Shown here: positions 1 through 10,670 of the stretch, piece after piece | Numbering within the stretch: position 1 is the stretch's first letter | Layout: every line of letters starts with the position of its first letter | Origin: Candidatus Methanomethylicia archaeon | GTDB lineage: Archaea; Thermoproteota; Methanomethylicia; Culexarchaeales; Culexarchaeaceae | Direction: 5' to 3' | Length of the DNA stretch: 64,000 nucleotides | Assembly (NCBI GenBank): GCA_038727515.1 | Contig: JAVYVS010000001.1 | Span: 465,964-529,963 of the forward strand | Made by a program: the position numbers and the translations under genes | Notes under the pieces: model-generated | Told to the model about the DNA's origin: nothing | Databases searched by the model: none | Seen by the model: the letters and a program-made list of their open reading frames with translations, nothing else

Positions 1-872
1 TAATTAGGGAAGCAAGCTTTTATGCAAAAATGGAAAACTCAAAATTCATAATGGAATCACATATTAAAAGAGCATTAGAAGAAAAGGTTTATAGAACAAA
101 TTTAATAGAAGAGAAAATACTGGAACTTATAAAACGTGGAATAATACTTATAGATGTCCATGGTAAAGCCATTGGACAAGTAAATGGACTTTCAATAATA
201 CAAATAGGAGAACTCACCTTTGGAAAACCAGTAAGGATAACAGCCACAGTAGGATTGGGGAGAGAGGGTATAATAAATATTGAGAGAGAAGCTGAATTAA
301 GTGGGCCAATACATACAAAGGGTGTAATGATAATAAGTGGATATTTAACGGAGAAATATGCATATGATAAACCATTAACTCTCTCAGCAAGATTGGTATT
401 TGAACAAAGTTATGAAGGGGTTGAAGGTGATAGTGCATCAAGTGCAGAGCTATATGCATTGCTATCAGCATTATCAGGAATTCCAATAAAACAATCTATC
501 GCAGTAACGGGATCAGTAAATCAAAAGGGTGAAATTCAAGCCGTTGGAGGAATAAATGAAAAGATTGAAGGATTCTACAAGGTATGTAAAATAAAGGGAT
601 TAAATGGAGAACAAGGAGTAATAATACCTGAAAGCAATATTAAAGATTTAAATCTCCATGATGAAGTTATAGAAGCTGTAGAAAAGGGGTTATTCCATAT
701 ATATCCAATAAAAACCATAGATGAAGGAATAGAAATATTAACTGGAATTAAAGCTGGAGAAAGAAAGCCAGATGGAGGATTTGAAGAAGGTACAATAAAC
801 TACCTTGTAGATAAGAAATTGAGGGAATTTGCAGAGAAAACAAAAGAATTTTATAGAGAAGTAATCAGATAG
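1..872 (+). CDS. lon: Lon protease, C-terminal proteolytic (S16) domain. The 5' end is probably cut by the window edge; the first ATG is at 30.
   Basis: The motif GDSASSAELYALLSALSG resembles the Lon catalytic-Ser segment (DGPSAG...ALxSAL), with a downstream Lys region (EKIEGFYKVCK). The reading frame is open from position 3. A TATA-like tract only about 8 bp before the ATG at 30 argues against a real start there. Confidence 0.6.
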   Translation, partial: IREASFYAKMENSKFIMESHIKRALEEKVYRTNLIEEKILELIKRGIILIDVHGKAIGQVNGLSIIQIGELTFGKPVRITATVGLGREGIINIEREAELSGPIHTKGVMIISGYLTEKYAYDKPLTLSARLVFEQSYEGVEGDSASSAELYALLSALSGIPIKQSIAVTGSVNQKGEIQAVGGINEKIEGFYKVCKIKGLNGEQGVIIPESNIKDLNLHDEVIEAVEKGLFHIYPIKTIDEGIEILTGIKAGERKPDGGFEEGTINYLVDKKLREFAEKTKEFYREVIR

Positions 873-899
873 GTTTCTAATAAATTTAAGTTGGAAAAT

Positions 900-1499
900 T
901 TATTTTAAATCAATCTTTAATTTGAATGAGACAATAGCTTTAATATCATTGAAGACCTCCTCAATACTTCTCTCACCATCTACAATAAACCAGCCAAATT
1001 TTTTAGCAAGAAATTTATATCCCTCTCTAACCCTACTTAGAAAATTTAGATCTGCTTCATATCTATCAACATTACCACGAGACCTCTTAATAGAGGTTTC
1101 AGGCGAGATATCAATTACTATAACTAGATTAGGCTCTGGAAGACCTTTCTCAATGCATATCATCCAATCCAATGGTAGATTGTTGGCATAACCATAAGCT
1201 AAACCTGATGGTATATATCTATCAGCTATAACAATCTTACCCTTCCTTAACCAATCTTCTATTAAATCCTTTCTCTCCCATCTATTTGCAGCATACAATA
1301 ATTGTCTAACCTCAGGAGTAAAGTATTTCCCACGATTAAGGAAGGATTTAATTTCCCTACCAATATCAGTTGTATAATCTGGGAAAGATATTATTTCAAC
1401 ATTAAATCCTCTACTCATTAACCAACTTCTTAACATTAATGCTTGTGTAGCTTTACCAGATTTATCTATACCCTCCAAAGCTATTAGCAAGTAAAACAC
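900..1499 (-). CDS. tmk: thymidylate (dTMP) kinase
   Basis: N-terminal P-loop EGIDKSGKAT matches the tmk signature EGxDGSGKTT. The length (199 aa) is typical, and a DRY-like motif (IADRY) is present. Confidence 0.85.
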   Translation of the reverse strand: MFYLLIALEGIDKSGKATQALMLRSWLMSRGFNVEIISFPDYTTDIGREIKSFLNRGKYFTPEVRQLLYAANRWERKDLIEDWLRKGKIVIADRYIPSGLAYGYANNLPLDWMICIEKGLPEPNLVIVIDISPETSIKRSRGNVDRYEADLNFLSRVREGYKFLAKKFGWFIVDGERSIEEVFNDIKAIVSFKLKIDLK

Positions 1500-1564
1500 C
1501 TTATATTATCAACGCTTCAAATATATATTACAAATTATTTAAAATATTTGGAGAAGAATGAGAC

Positions 1565-2860
1565 ATGAGTAAAATGATTGAAATTAGAGATCCAATACAT
1601 GGATACATATTTGCAAATGAATTAGAGAAAGAGGTAATAGATACAAGAGTTTTCCAAAGACTTAGAAGAATAAATCAGCTTGGAATGGCATATCTCACAT
1701 ATCCAGGTGCAGAACATAAGAGATTTATACATAGTATTGGAGCTATGCATTTAGCGGGTGAAGTTGGAGAACATCTATTTAAAATGGGGGAAATAAATAG
1801 AGAAGAAGAACAATACATAAGATTAGCAGCATTACTACATGATCTAGGTCATGGACCATTTTCACATACATTTGAAGATGTAATGGTGAAATACCTTAAT
1901 AAAACACATGAAGACATTACAATATGGTTGATAAAAAATACGGAAATAAAGGATATAATTGAGAAAAACGGTTATGACCCAGAAGACTTATCACAACTCT
2001 CAGTAGGTAGGAGAAAACATAAACTTAAACCATTCATAGATGACATTATATCAAGCCCTTTCGACGTAGATAAAATGGATTTCTTAGTTAGAGATTCACA
2101 TTTCACGGGAGTTCAATATGGTCTAGTGGATATTAAGAGATTAATATTTTCCATGAATGTTATAGAAGACCATTTAGCAATAGAAGTTCCAGGAGCATTA
2201 TATGCATTAGAATCATTCATAATGGCACGTTATGAAATGTTTAAAGCAGTATACTATCATAGGACTGTTAGAAGTGCAAATGTAATGATGAGTAGAGCAA
2301 TGGATTTAGCTGCAGAATACTTAGGGATACCAAACATAAAGAATCCAGAGGACTACATAATAATGGATGATGCATACATAATAATGAGAATAAGAGAATT
2401 AAAGAATGAAAAAGATGAAAATATGCGATTAGCATATGAAATGATAGATATGCTTGAGAGAAGACAATTATTAAAATGTGCATATGAAGCAACAATACAT
2501 ACAAGAGACAAGTATGTCTCAAGTATACTATCAAAAGAACATGTTAGAAGAGAACTTGAGAGAGAAATAGCTAGAGAAGCAAATGTACCAGAGGAACGTG
2601 TATTCATAGATCTACCAACACTACCATCAATACCATACAGCCCAAAGCAAATAGATCCAATGGAAGTATATACATTTGAAGAAATTGATAATACAAAGGT
2701 TTTGAGGAGATTAAGTGAAATATCAAATATAGCAAGTGTATTAAAGGGATATGTAGATGTACTTAGAGTATACACATTCCCAGAATATAGAGAAGAAGTG
2801 AAAAAAGCTTCAACAAAAATATTTGGAGAAAGTTCAATAACCATGAGAATATCAGTATAA
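1565..2860 (+). CDS. HD-domain phosphohydrolase (dNTP triphosphohydrolase-like)
   Basis: HD motif H...HDLGHGPFSH and an N-terminal I.DP.HG motif are typical of HD superfamily hydrolases. A TATA-like tract lies about 25 bp upstream. Confidence 0.75.
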   Translation: MSKMIEIRDPIHGYIFANELEKEVIDTRVFQRLRRINQLGMAYLTYPGAEHKRFIHSIGAMHLAGEVGEHLFKMGEINREEEQYIRLAALLHDLGHGPFSHTFEDVMVKYLNKTHEDITIWLIKNTEIKDIIEKNGYDPEDLSQLSVGRRKHKLKPFIDDIISSPFDVDKMDFLVRDSHFTGVQYGLVDIKRLIFSMNVIEDHLAIEVPGALYALESFIMARYEMFKAVYYHRTVRSANVMMSRAMDLAAEYLGIPNIKNPEDYIIMDDAYIIMRIRELKNEKDENMRLAYEMIDMLERRQLLKCAYEATIHTRDKYVSSILSKEHVRRELEREIAREANVPEERVFIDLPTLPSIPYSPKQIDPMEVYTFEEIDNTKVLRRLSEISNIASVLKGYVDVLRVYTFPEYREEVKKASTKIFGESSITMRISV

Positions 2861-2885
2861 ATTTAAGTGTAGATAATTTGGAATT

Positions 2886-3833
2886 CTATCCAGTTATCCT
2901 CCAATAATCCTTTATTCTATCCTTTTCAACATCTACAATATATAGTCTCAAAGTACCCTCCATATATCCAGAACCTGGATTTACACATAGAGTTTTACCA
3001 ATTTTCCTAGCAGCAGAAGATTCATGTATGTGACCATGTAAACCAAGTTTTGGTTGATATTTCTCAATAAATGTTCTAACAGCTTTACTTCCCACTGGAA
3101 TAATACTTAAACCTTTAATTCCATGTTTAGGTCTAAGATCCTTATCCAATTCTGGGGCATTATCTAAACCACTATTATATGGTGGAGCATGGAAATTACA
3201 TATTAAATGATTCATATCCACAGAAACCTTATCTAATTTACTTTCCAATAATTTTAACAATTCATCTTCAGGTAATTCTCTAGGGGTCTTCCATGGAGTT
3301 GGATTAACATATTCACAACTTATCAATTCATGATGATCATCTAAACTAACAACTTTATCCAATGGATATATTACCCTATCACTCTTCTTTATTATTTCAT
3401 CTACAACAGGTGAATCATCATTACCTGGATTCATAATTATTTTAATATCCTTCGGGACATTTTCATCAGCCATCCTAATCCACCTTTCCAAAGTCTCCCT
3501 CATCTGTTCCTCCATAATTCTATCTCTCTCATCATGTGTAAGAGTTTTCCACTCATCATCAGTAGTTATATAAGGATAACCACCACTAAACCTTATGGTA
3601 TTAAATAAATCGTTAAGCTCCTTTTCACTCTTTATATGGTAATCAACATTAAAATGACAAATATAACTTCCATCACTCTGCTTAAATATTGGCACAAGCA
3701 TTTTACCAGTTAAATCCCCACCCATTATCAATACATTTATTCCCTTAACATACTTATGAACATTAATAAACTTCCTCCATGTTGTTTCATTACCATGAAC
3801 ATCAGCAGCAAAAGCGATCCTCATAAATTTCAC
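2886..3833 (-). CDS. calcineurin-like metallophosphoesterase
   Basis: Motifs AADVHG (GDxHG-like), GGDLTGK (GDxxDRG-like), GNDD (GNHD/E-like) and a histidine cluster GLHGHIHES are present. Confidence 0.7.
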   Translation of the reverse strand: MKFMRIAFAADVHGNETTWRKFINVHKYVKGINVLIMGGDLTGKMLVPIFKQSDGSYICHFNVDYHIKSEKELNDLFNTIRFSGGYPYITTDDEWKTLTHDERDRIMEEQMRETLERWIRMADENVPKDIKIIMNPGNDDSPVVDEIIKKSDRVIYPLDKVVSLDDHHELISCEYVNPTPWKTPRELPEDELLKLLESKLDKVSVDMNHLICNFHAPPYNSGLDNAPELDKDLRPKHGIKGLSIIPVGSKAVRTFIEKYQPKLGLHGHIHESSAARKIGKTLCVNPGSGYMEGTLRLYIVDVEKDRIKDYWRITG

Positions 3834-3973
3834 AAGTACAATTTAAATATAATAAATATAAAAAGTTTAAGTTTACAAAATTATGGATTAACATATCATT
3901 TCGTAAGTTTATATAAAATTATATATAAAATTATAGCAAATTTTATATATAATAAAATAAAGGTTATGAATTG

Positions 3974-3980
3974 AGGAGGT
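3974..3980 (+). promoter_or_regulatory. Shine-Dalgarno-like GAGGAGG, 6 nt upstream of the ATG at 3987
   Basis: GAGGAGG is read directly at 3974-3980. The 150-bp AT-rich divergent intergenic region upstream contains TATA-like tracts. Confidence 0.45.
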
Positions 3981-3986
3981 AATTAA

Positions 3987-5573
3987 ATGGGAGAAATTAT
4001 TAGAGAAACAGTATATGTTAGAAGAGCTTCAGGCCTCGTTAGAGAACTTGGAATGTTGGAATCATTATCAGTTGCATTATCTGGAGCTATTGGTGCAGGA
4101 ATAAATGTACTTGTACTACAAGGAGCAAACTTATATCCAGGGGCAAATGTCCCGTTGGGATATGTTTTAGTTGGTATAATGACGATACCATTAAGCTTTG
4201 TAATAGCCCACATAGCTGGAGACCTCCCAAGAAGCTCAGCACTTTACGTATTTGTATCAAGAACTCTACATCCATTATTAGGATTCTTAGGGGCTTGGGG
4301 GGTTATAGTAAGTTCAGCATTTGTAATTGGAACGTTAAGTAGAAGTTTTGCTGTAAATCTTGGTCCATTCCTAGTATTAGCTGGTAGAGCAGCTAAATCG
4401 GATAGTTTAATAGGTGCTGGGCAATTTCTAATGACAGATGCAGGTATACTGTTAACATCGTTTATAATGATCGTAGCATTCCTACTGATATTTACTTTTG
4501 GAGCTAGAGTTTATGGTAAATTCATGGATATAATATTCATAATACCATTAATTGGATTTGCAATTAGTTTAATATTGTTTGCAACAACACCCTCTGGAAG
4601 TATAAGAGCATTATATGATGCTACCTGGGGTTCTGGAGCATATGATGAAATCGTTCGTTTAGGAACAAAATATGGATATACTCCAGAAGCATTTGCATTC
4701 AGTTGGGGTGCTACATTCTCCATAATGAGCGCAGCTGTATTCGCATATCAAGGTTTTGAGAGAGCAGCATATGTAGCTGGAGAAGTGAAAAGCCCAAAGA
4801 AGACAATAATGTACAGCATGTTCGGTGGAACCATACTACTATTCATATTATACTCATTAACTGCAATTTTAAGTTGGGGACTTTATGGAGATTGGATAAT
4901 AATGTATAATATAGCTATTACAAAGGGTGTTAAGGAATTATTAATAAATCCGCCAGCTAGATCTCCATTTGTAGCACATTTAGCAGCTTCACTAATACCA
5001 GCCATACCAGCTCTACAGATATTTCTATATATTGCAGGATTACTATGGTTATTCAATACTCCACCCACAAGATTCCTAGTGGCTTCAAGAACAATGTTTG
5101 CAATGTCCTTTGATAGATTCCTACCAGAAAAAGTAGCATATGTACATCCAAAAACTGGCAGCCCACTTGTAGCTGATTTCATAACATTCATTCTTGGAGT
5201 TGTAGGTATAATATTTGCCCATTACTTGGGTATTTATGCAGCTGCAATAAGTGCAACGCTCTTTGATCAATTCCTACTATTGCTAGTGATGATAGGAGCC
5301 ATCGTATATCCATTTGTGAAGGAAGAAGCTTGGAAAGCAGGATATAGATATGAATATAAAGGATTTCCAGTAATAACCATTGTTGGAGTAGTCACAGTCG
5401 CCATACAATTTATAATCTACTATCTATGTGTTTCAACAACTGCAAGAGAAGCATTAACCTTCGGAGCAATATGGTATGCTCTAGGAGTAATAGTATTCGT
5501 GTATTACTACTGGAAGAATAAACAAAGGGGTATTGATCCAAACTTAATATTTGGAGAAATCCCACCAACATAA
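3987..5573 (+). CDS. amino acid permease (APC superfamily)
   Basis: 528 aa with about 12 hydrophobic helices. A GxG-rich TM1 region (SGAIGAGIN) and the overall layout are typical of APC transporters. Confidence 0.65.
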   Translation: MGEIIRETVYVRRASGLVRELGMLESLSVALSGAIGAGINVLVLQGANLYPGANVPLGYVLVGIMTIPLSFVIAHIAGDLPRSSALYVFVSRTLHPLLGFLGAWGVIVSSAFVIGTLSRSFAVNLGPFLVLAGRAAKSDSLIGAGQFLMTDAGILLTSFIMIVAFLLIFTFGARVYGKFMDIIFIIPLIGFAISLILFATTPSGSIRALYDATWGSGAYDEIVRLGTKYGYTPEAFAFSWGATFSIMSAAVFAYQGFERAAYVAGEVKSPKKTIMYSMFGGTILLFILYSLTAILSWGLYGDWIIMYNIAITKGVKELLINPPARSPFVAHLAASLIPAIPALQIFLYIAGLLWLFNTPPTRFLVASRTMFAMSFDRFLPEKVAYVHPKTGSPLVADFITFILGVVGIIFAHYLGIYAAAISATLFDQFLLLLVMIGAIVYPFVKEEAWKAGYRYEYKGFPVITIVGVVTVAIQFIIYYLCVSTTAREALTFGAIWYALGVIVFVYYYWKNKQRGIDPNLIFGEIPPT

Positions 5574-5656
5574 ACATAAATACATTTTTTATAATGTGAA
5601 ATCATGATTAGTGTTAAGTATAAGTCTATGTATATAATTTGTTGAGGTAGATAAAT

Positions 5657-6523
5657 TTGGGTTTAACAAAAATTAAATTGCCAACAGAAATACCGCTTGA
5701 AATATATCCAAAACCCATGGAATTTGTAGAAGAAGCAAAATCCATAGTTGAAGAAGCAGAGAAAAGAGGTATTATAATGAGGGTTATGGGTGGATTAGCA
5801 ATATACCTTTTGATAAGTGGAACTATATATGAAGAATTATGGGGTAAAATGGAGAGACTTGGAGAAAGAGTTTTCACAGATATAGATTTAGCAGCATATG
5901 GTAGAGATAGAGATAAAATATTGAGATACTTTATGGAGAGGGAGAAAGGGGTATATATTATCTGGCAACCATCATTAGCATTTTACGCTGGTAAGAGGTA
6001 TATCTTCTATGGTTCACCGGAAAAACAAGAATATAAAGGTAAAATTGTTGGTAGAATACCAATGATAGAAGTATTCTTTGATAAGCTTCAAATGAATCAT
6101 GAAGTACCATTTAAAGGTAGATTGGAAAAGGGGAAATATACACTTCCACCCACAGAACTCCTATTAACAAAATTACAAATAGTTAAGATAAATGAGAAGG
6201 ATATTAAAGATAGCATAATACTGTTATCAGCATTCGACGTATTAAACTCAGATAACGAAATAAATGGTGATTATATAGCTAAATTATTGAGTAATGATTG
6301 GGGATTCTACTATACATTTACAACAAATCTAAATAAGGTTAAGGAAGCTGTAATGAATAAATACAATGATAGAATTAATGAAGAACTCAGAATTAAAATT
6401 ACTGAGAGAATTGAAAAATTAATTAAAAGGATAGAAGAAGAACCTAAAAGCATGAGTTGGAAGATGAGAGCAAAAATAGGAACTAGTAAGAAGTGGTATA
6501 ATGAAGTGGAAGAATGGAGTTAA
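5657..6523 (+). CDS. AbiEii/DUF1814-like nucleotidyltransferase (Pol-beta superfamily), TTG start
   Basis: hGG motif (RVMGGLAIY) followed about 35 aa later by RVFTDIDLAAY, matching the AbiEii pattern GGTAL...RFSEDIDF. The length (288 aa) is typical of DUF1814 proteins. Confidence 0.45.
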   Translation: MGLTKIKLPTEIPLEIYPKPMEFVEEAKSIVEEAEKRGIIMRVMGGLAIYLLISGTIYEELWGKMERLGERVFTDIDLAAYGRDRDKILRYFMEREKGVYIIWQPSLAFYAGKRYIFYGSPEKQEYKGKIVGRIPMIEVFFDKLQMNHEVPFKGRLEKGKYTLPPTELLLTKLQIVKINEKDIKDSIILLSAFDVLNSDNEINGDYIAKLLSNDWGFYYTFTTNLNKVKEAVMNKYNDRINEELRIKITERIEKLIKRIEEEPKSMSWKMRAKIGTSKKWYNEVEEWS

Positions 6524-6528
6524 ATTAG

Positions 6529-7407
6529 CTACGTAAATATTGACTTAGCTAATTCAACTATTTGCATTGGAGTAGAAGCTACAGGAATATTTGCAGAACT
6601 TAAAGCTTTAACTTTAGATTCAGCTGAACCCATACCCATCGTTATTATTGCACCTGCATGCCCCATCCTCTTACCTGGAGGAGCAGTTTTACCAGCTATA
6701 AAAGCAATAATAGGCTTCTTTAAACCAATAAACTTAATGTATGAAGCCAATCTTTCTTCAGCATCACCACCAATTTCACCTACAACAACCACACCTTTAG
6801 TTTCATGATCTTCAAAGAACATTTTTACAACTTCAATAAAATCTAATCCAACTATAGGGTCACCACCAATACCAATAACAGTGCTTTGACCAAAACCAGC
6901 ATTACTAAGAGCTTCAGAAATTTCATAGGTTAATGTTCCACTTCTAGATACAATACCAATACTCCCAGGTTTAAAGGATCTCTCCGGCATAATTCCAACT
7001 TTAACTCTTTCACCTGGAGAAATAACTCCAGGACAATTTGGACCTACAATTATTACATCCTTAAGTTTAGCGTAACGAATCAATTTAAGTTCATCATGAA
7101 CTGGAATACCCTCAGTTATAATAACTATCTTTCTTATACCAGCATCAATAGCTTCATAAGCAGCATCACAAGCAAAGGGTGCTGGAACAAAGATTATTGA
7201 AGCATTAATATTGGGGTGATTATTTAAAGCATCCATAACACTATTATATACTGGGACACCTGAAACTTTCATTCCACCTCTACCTGGAGTAACACCAGCA
7301 GCAATATTAGTCCCATATTTAAGCATAGCTTCAGTATGATAGCTACCCTCTCTACCGGTAATCCCTTGAACTAAGAGTACAGTATTTCTATCAAAGATTA
7401 TTGGCAT
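6529..7407 (-). CDS. sucD: succinyl-CoA synthetase (ADP-forming) alpha subunit
   Basis: CoA-binding N-terminus ([13 protein letters not shown]), and the segments [12 protein letters not shown] and GHAGAI containing the phospho-His. Its start lies 2 bp from the sucC stop. Confidence 0.9.
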   Translation of the reverse strand: MPIIFDRNTVLLVQGITGREGSYHTEAMLKYGTNIAAGVTPGRGGMKVSGVPVYNSVMDALNNHPNINASIIFVPAPFACDAAYEAIDAGIRKIVIITEGIPVHDELKLIRYAKLKDVIIVGPNCPGVISPGERVKVGIMPERSFKPGSIGIVSRSGTLTYEISEALSNAGFGQSTVIGIGGDPIVGLDFIEVVKMFFEDHETKGVVVVGEIGGDAEERLASYIKFIGLKKPIIAFIAGKTAPPGKRMGHAGAIITMGMGSAESKVKALSSANIPVASTPMQIVELAKSIFT

Positions 7408-7409
7408 AA

Positions 7410-8552
7410 TTATACACCTCCATATGCAAGTTTAACAACATATTTAGCAGCTTCATCATCATTTACAAAATAATTTATTCCAGCTTCTTCCAAAATCCTT
7501 CTACCCTCCTCCTCCCTATTTCCAACTAACCTAACGGAAATAGGCTTTTTAACACCGGTTTCATTTAAAGCTTCAACAATACCTTTAGCGACATCATCAC
7601 ATCTAGTTATTCCACCATAAACGTTAATAAGAATAGCTTTAATCCTCTCATCAAGAAGTAGTAATTTTAATGCAGCTTTAACCCTCTCAACCCTTGCACC
7701 ACCACCAATATCTAGGAAATTAGCAGGTTTACCACCGAAAAAGGCAACTAAATCCAATGAAGCCATAGTTAAACCTGCACCATTACCAATAATTCCAATA
7801 TCCCCATCCAACTTAACATAACTAAAACCATACTCTCTAGCAACAATCTCTTCAGAAGTTAAATCTCTACCACCCATCTTTAAAATTTCAATAAACTGTG
7901 GATGTCTATAAAGTGAATTATCATCAATAGTTATCTTAGAATCTAAAGCTACAAAACCTCTATCAGTTAAAGCCAATGGATTTATCTCCACAAGATCAGC
8001 ATCATATCGAAGCATAATACCATACAAAGCTCTAATTATAGTATCAAGTTGCCTAGATAATTCACCTTCAACACCGAAAGAAGAGATAATAGTTCTAACA
8101 TGATAATCCCTAAGTCCAATTATTGGATCCACATAAACTTTAATTATTGATTCAGGTTTAGTTGCAGCAATTTCCTCAATATCTACACCACCCTCAGAAG
8201 AAGCTAAATATACATAGCTCTTCATAGACCTATCAATAGTTAGAGATAAATAGAATTCTCTAATTATTTTCACAGCTTCCTCCACTAGAATACATTTAAC
8301 AGGAACGCCTTTAACACCTTCAGAAAACATTTTTAGAGAAAAGCTTTTAACTTCATCCAATGAATTAACAATCTTTATTCCACCAGCTTTACCCCTACCA
8401 CCAACTAAAACTTGAGCTTTCAAAACACATGGAAATCCAATATCCAAAACCCTTGAAATAATTTCATCAAGATTAAAAGCTGCAAACCCCCTTGGAATTG
8501 GAATATTAAACTCTGAGAAGACCCTTTTACCCTCAAACTCATACAACCTCAT
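7410..8552 (-). CDS. sucC: succinyl-CoA synthetase beta subunit (ATP-grasp)
   Basis: [13 protein letters not shown]-terminus, ATP-grasp motifs ([16 protein letters not shown]) and C-terminal [12 protein letters not shown] are present. It is operonic with sucD. Confidence 0.9.
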   Translation of the reverse strand: MRLYEFEGKRVFSEFNIPIPRGFAAFNLDEIISRVLDIGFPCVLKAQVLVGGRGKAGGIKIVNSLDEVKSFSLKMFSEGVKGVPVKCILVEEAVKIIREFYLSLTIDRSMKSYVYLASSEGGVDIEEIAATKPESIIKVYVDPIIGLRDYHVRTIISSFGVEGELSRQLDTIIRALYGIMLRYDADLVEINPLALTDRGFVALDSKITIDDNSLYRHPQFIEILKMGGRDLTSEEIVAREYGFSYVKLDGDIGIIGNGAGLTMASLDLVAFFGGKPANFLDIGGGARVERVKAALKLLLLDERIKAILINVYGGITRCDDVAKGIVEALNETGVKKPISVRLVGNREEEGRRILEEAGINYFVNDDEAAKYVVKLAYGGV

Positions 8553-8619
8553 ACAAATTCAAAAACTATAAACTATAAACGTATATATATCACTTACCAA
8601 AAATGGTTTAGAGATTGAA

Positions 8620-9624
8620 ATGAAAATGAGAGAGTTAATCAATAAAATTAGAAGTTCAGCTCAATTAGCTTCAATACTTGAAGTCAGTGGTTGGCCTAAA
8701 CCTGGAAATGTTCATAGAACTAGAAATCAAATAGATGCACGCTATGAACACTTCTTAGCGGGAGCAATAGCATTAGCACCATCAATAGAATTAGCAGCAT
8801 TAAAGGGGATAATGGCAGCAAAGGGGAAAATTGAATTGCAGGATATAGGGATAGGTAGAATAATAAAAAGGGCGGTTATAGATGTCTCAAAATCACATAG
8901 CGATGGAAATACACATTTAGGTATATGCCTACTCTTCATTCCATTATCAATAGCATCATCAAAAAGCTATATAGAAGAAGAATGTTTTACACCATCAAAA
9001 ATAATGCAGAACATTAAATCAATAATTAAATCAACAAAACCAATAGATACAATTAGAGTTTATGAAGCTATTAAAATGGTTAGTTCAGAAAATGAATTAG
9101 GTAGAAAATCAAATGGTAGATCACCAGACATATATGATAAAAACTTTAGAAGGAAAATTCAAAAAGAAAATATCACATTATTTGATGCAATGATGGAATC
9201 ATCAACATATGATACAGTGGCAAAAGAGCTTACCACTGGAATGGAGATATCCTTTAACATTGGATTTAAAGAATTAATGAAGACATTTGAGGAAACTAGA
9301 GATATAAACATATCAATTGTACACACATACCTAACAATACTATCAAAATACCCAGATACATTCATAGCAAGGAAAATTGGGTTAAAAAGGGAAAACGACA
9401 TAAAAAGAGCTGTTGAAATAGGAATAAAAGAAACTATTTGGATTTCAAAAGAAGCAGAAGAAATCCTAAAACTAGGTGGATTAAAAACTGAAGAGGGAAG
9501 GAAAGCCTTATGGGAATTAGATGAAAAATTGTATAGGCTAGGTAAAGAATACAATCCAGGAACAACAGCAGATTTAACAGCATCATCAATAATGATATCA
9601 TTATTAATGGGATTAAAATTCTAA
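8620..9624 (+). CDS. CitG/MdcB-family protein (triphosphoribosyl-dephospho-CoA synthase-like)
   Basis: SGWPKPGNVHR resembles the CitG tPKPGLVDR motif, and the 334-aa length fits. No citrate lyase or malonate decarboxylase genes are nearby. Confidence 0.55.
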   Translation: MKMRELINKIRSSAQLASILEVSGWPKPGNVHRTRNQIDARYEHFLAGAIALAPSIELAALKGIMAAKGKIELQDIGIGRIIKRAVIDVSKSHSDGNTHLGICLLFIPLSIASSKSYIEEECFTPSKIMQNIKSIIKSTKPIDTIRVYEAIKMVSSENELGRKSNGRSPDIYDKNFRRKIQKENITLFDAMMESSTYDTVAKELTTGMEISFNIGFKELMKTFEETRDINISIVHTYLTILSKYPDTFIARKIGLKRENDIKRAVEIGIKETIWISKEAEEILKLGGLKTEEGRKALWELDEKLYRLGKEYNPGTTADLTASSIMISLLMGLKF

Positions 9625-9642
9625 AATTCAGAGTGGAAATTA

Positions 9643-10665
9643 ATGAAGGCACGTGAAGGAGATTTCATAGAAACAATTGAAGGATTAATATTTGATGTAA
9701 AAGGACTTATACACCCAAAAGATAGAGTAATAGCATACCTCAGATATTTTGAAGATCCATTTGGAAATAGAATTAAAAATGGAAAGAAATATTCAAAGGT
9801 ATACTCTCTAATGGATAGAGATAATATTCTAAAAAGAAAATATCCACAGTACATATATTATGATCAAATATTTGGAGAATGGTTGGAGGGAGTTCCAAAG
9901 GATAGAATAATAAAACACTATAAACCACAAGAAAAAATACAAATACTACAGAAAAAGCATAGATTAGATGAAATCGAAGAAAAAGCTTTGGAATTAGTAC
10001 AAGTAATACATGATTCCACAAAAATACCCATAGAAAAATTTGGTATATCTGGATCAATCTTAATAGACCTTTACACTATCGATTCAGATATAGATGTAAT
10101 CGTATATGGGAAGAAGAATTGTAAAGCAGTATATGAAGAATTAAAAGCATTATTAAAAAATGATGAAAGACGATTTTCACCATACAAACTTGAGGATTTA
10201 AAGAAATTATATGAATTTAGATCAAAAGATACATATATGGACTTTAAAGACTTCTGTAAGATTGAAAGTAGGAAGGTTTCACAAGGGAAATTTATGGGTA
10301 AAGATTTCTTCATAAGATTCATATTAGATTGGGATGAAGTAAATGAAGATTATGGTGATTACATCTATAGAGGATTGGGGAGGATTAGGATTAAAGCTAT
10401 AGTTGAAGATGATGAATATTCAATATTTACACCATGCAAATATGTAATATCAAATGTAGAGATTTTAGAGGGGGAGAGGAGTGTTACTCCACCAATAGAG
10501 ATAGTATCATTTAGAGGTAGATTCTGTGAACAAGCAAGGAGAGGTGAAGAAATAATAGCTGAAGGAAAAATTGAAAAAGTAATTTCAAAATATGGAGATG
10601 AATATAACAGGCTTCTAATAGGCAATAAACCATTAGATTTCATGATAGTAAAAAATTTTATTTAA
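9643..10665 (+). CDS. Pol-beta-type nucleotidyltransferase-domain protein with an unknown N-terminal domain
   Basis: Central minimal-NTase motif FGISGSILIDLYTIDSDIDVIVYG (GS...DxD). It lies 18 bp downstream of the CitG-like gene on the same strand. Confidence 0.55.
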   Translation: MKAREGDFIETIEGLIFDVKGLIHPKDRVIAYLRYFEDPFGNRIKNGKKYSKVYSLMDRDNILKRKYPQYIYYDQIFGEWLEGVPKDRIIKHYKPQEKIQILQKKHRLDEIEEKALELVQVIHDSTKIPIEKFGISGSILIDLYTIDSDIDVIVYGKKNCKAVYEELKALLKNDERRFSPYKLEDLKKLYEFRSKDTYMDFKDFCKIESRKVSQGKFMGKDFFIRFILDWDEVNEDYGDYIYRGLGRIRIKAIVEDDEYSIFTPCKYVISNVEILEGERSVTPPIEIVSFRGRFCEQARRGEEIIAEGKIEKVISKYGDEYNRLLIGNKPLDFMIVKNFI

Positions 10666-10670
10666 TTTAT

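Noticed and set aside
214-486. Many short antisense or shifted-frame ORFs in the six-frame track (e.g. 214-486, 922-1191, 2268-2534, 2353-2844, 9159-9554, 30054-30308, 30932-31312, 33662-34018, 47770-47997, 55543-56154, 56567-56986).
   Set aside because: They lie wholly inside or opposite well-supported genes. They have low-complexity, hydrophobic or Leu/Ser/Ile-rich translations typical of AT-rich shadow frames and no motifs.
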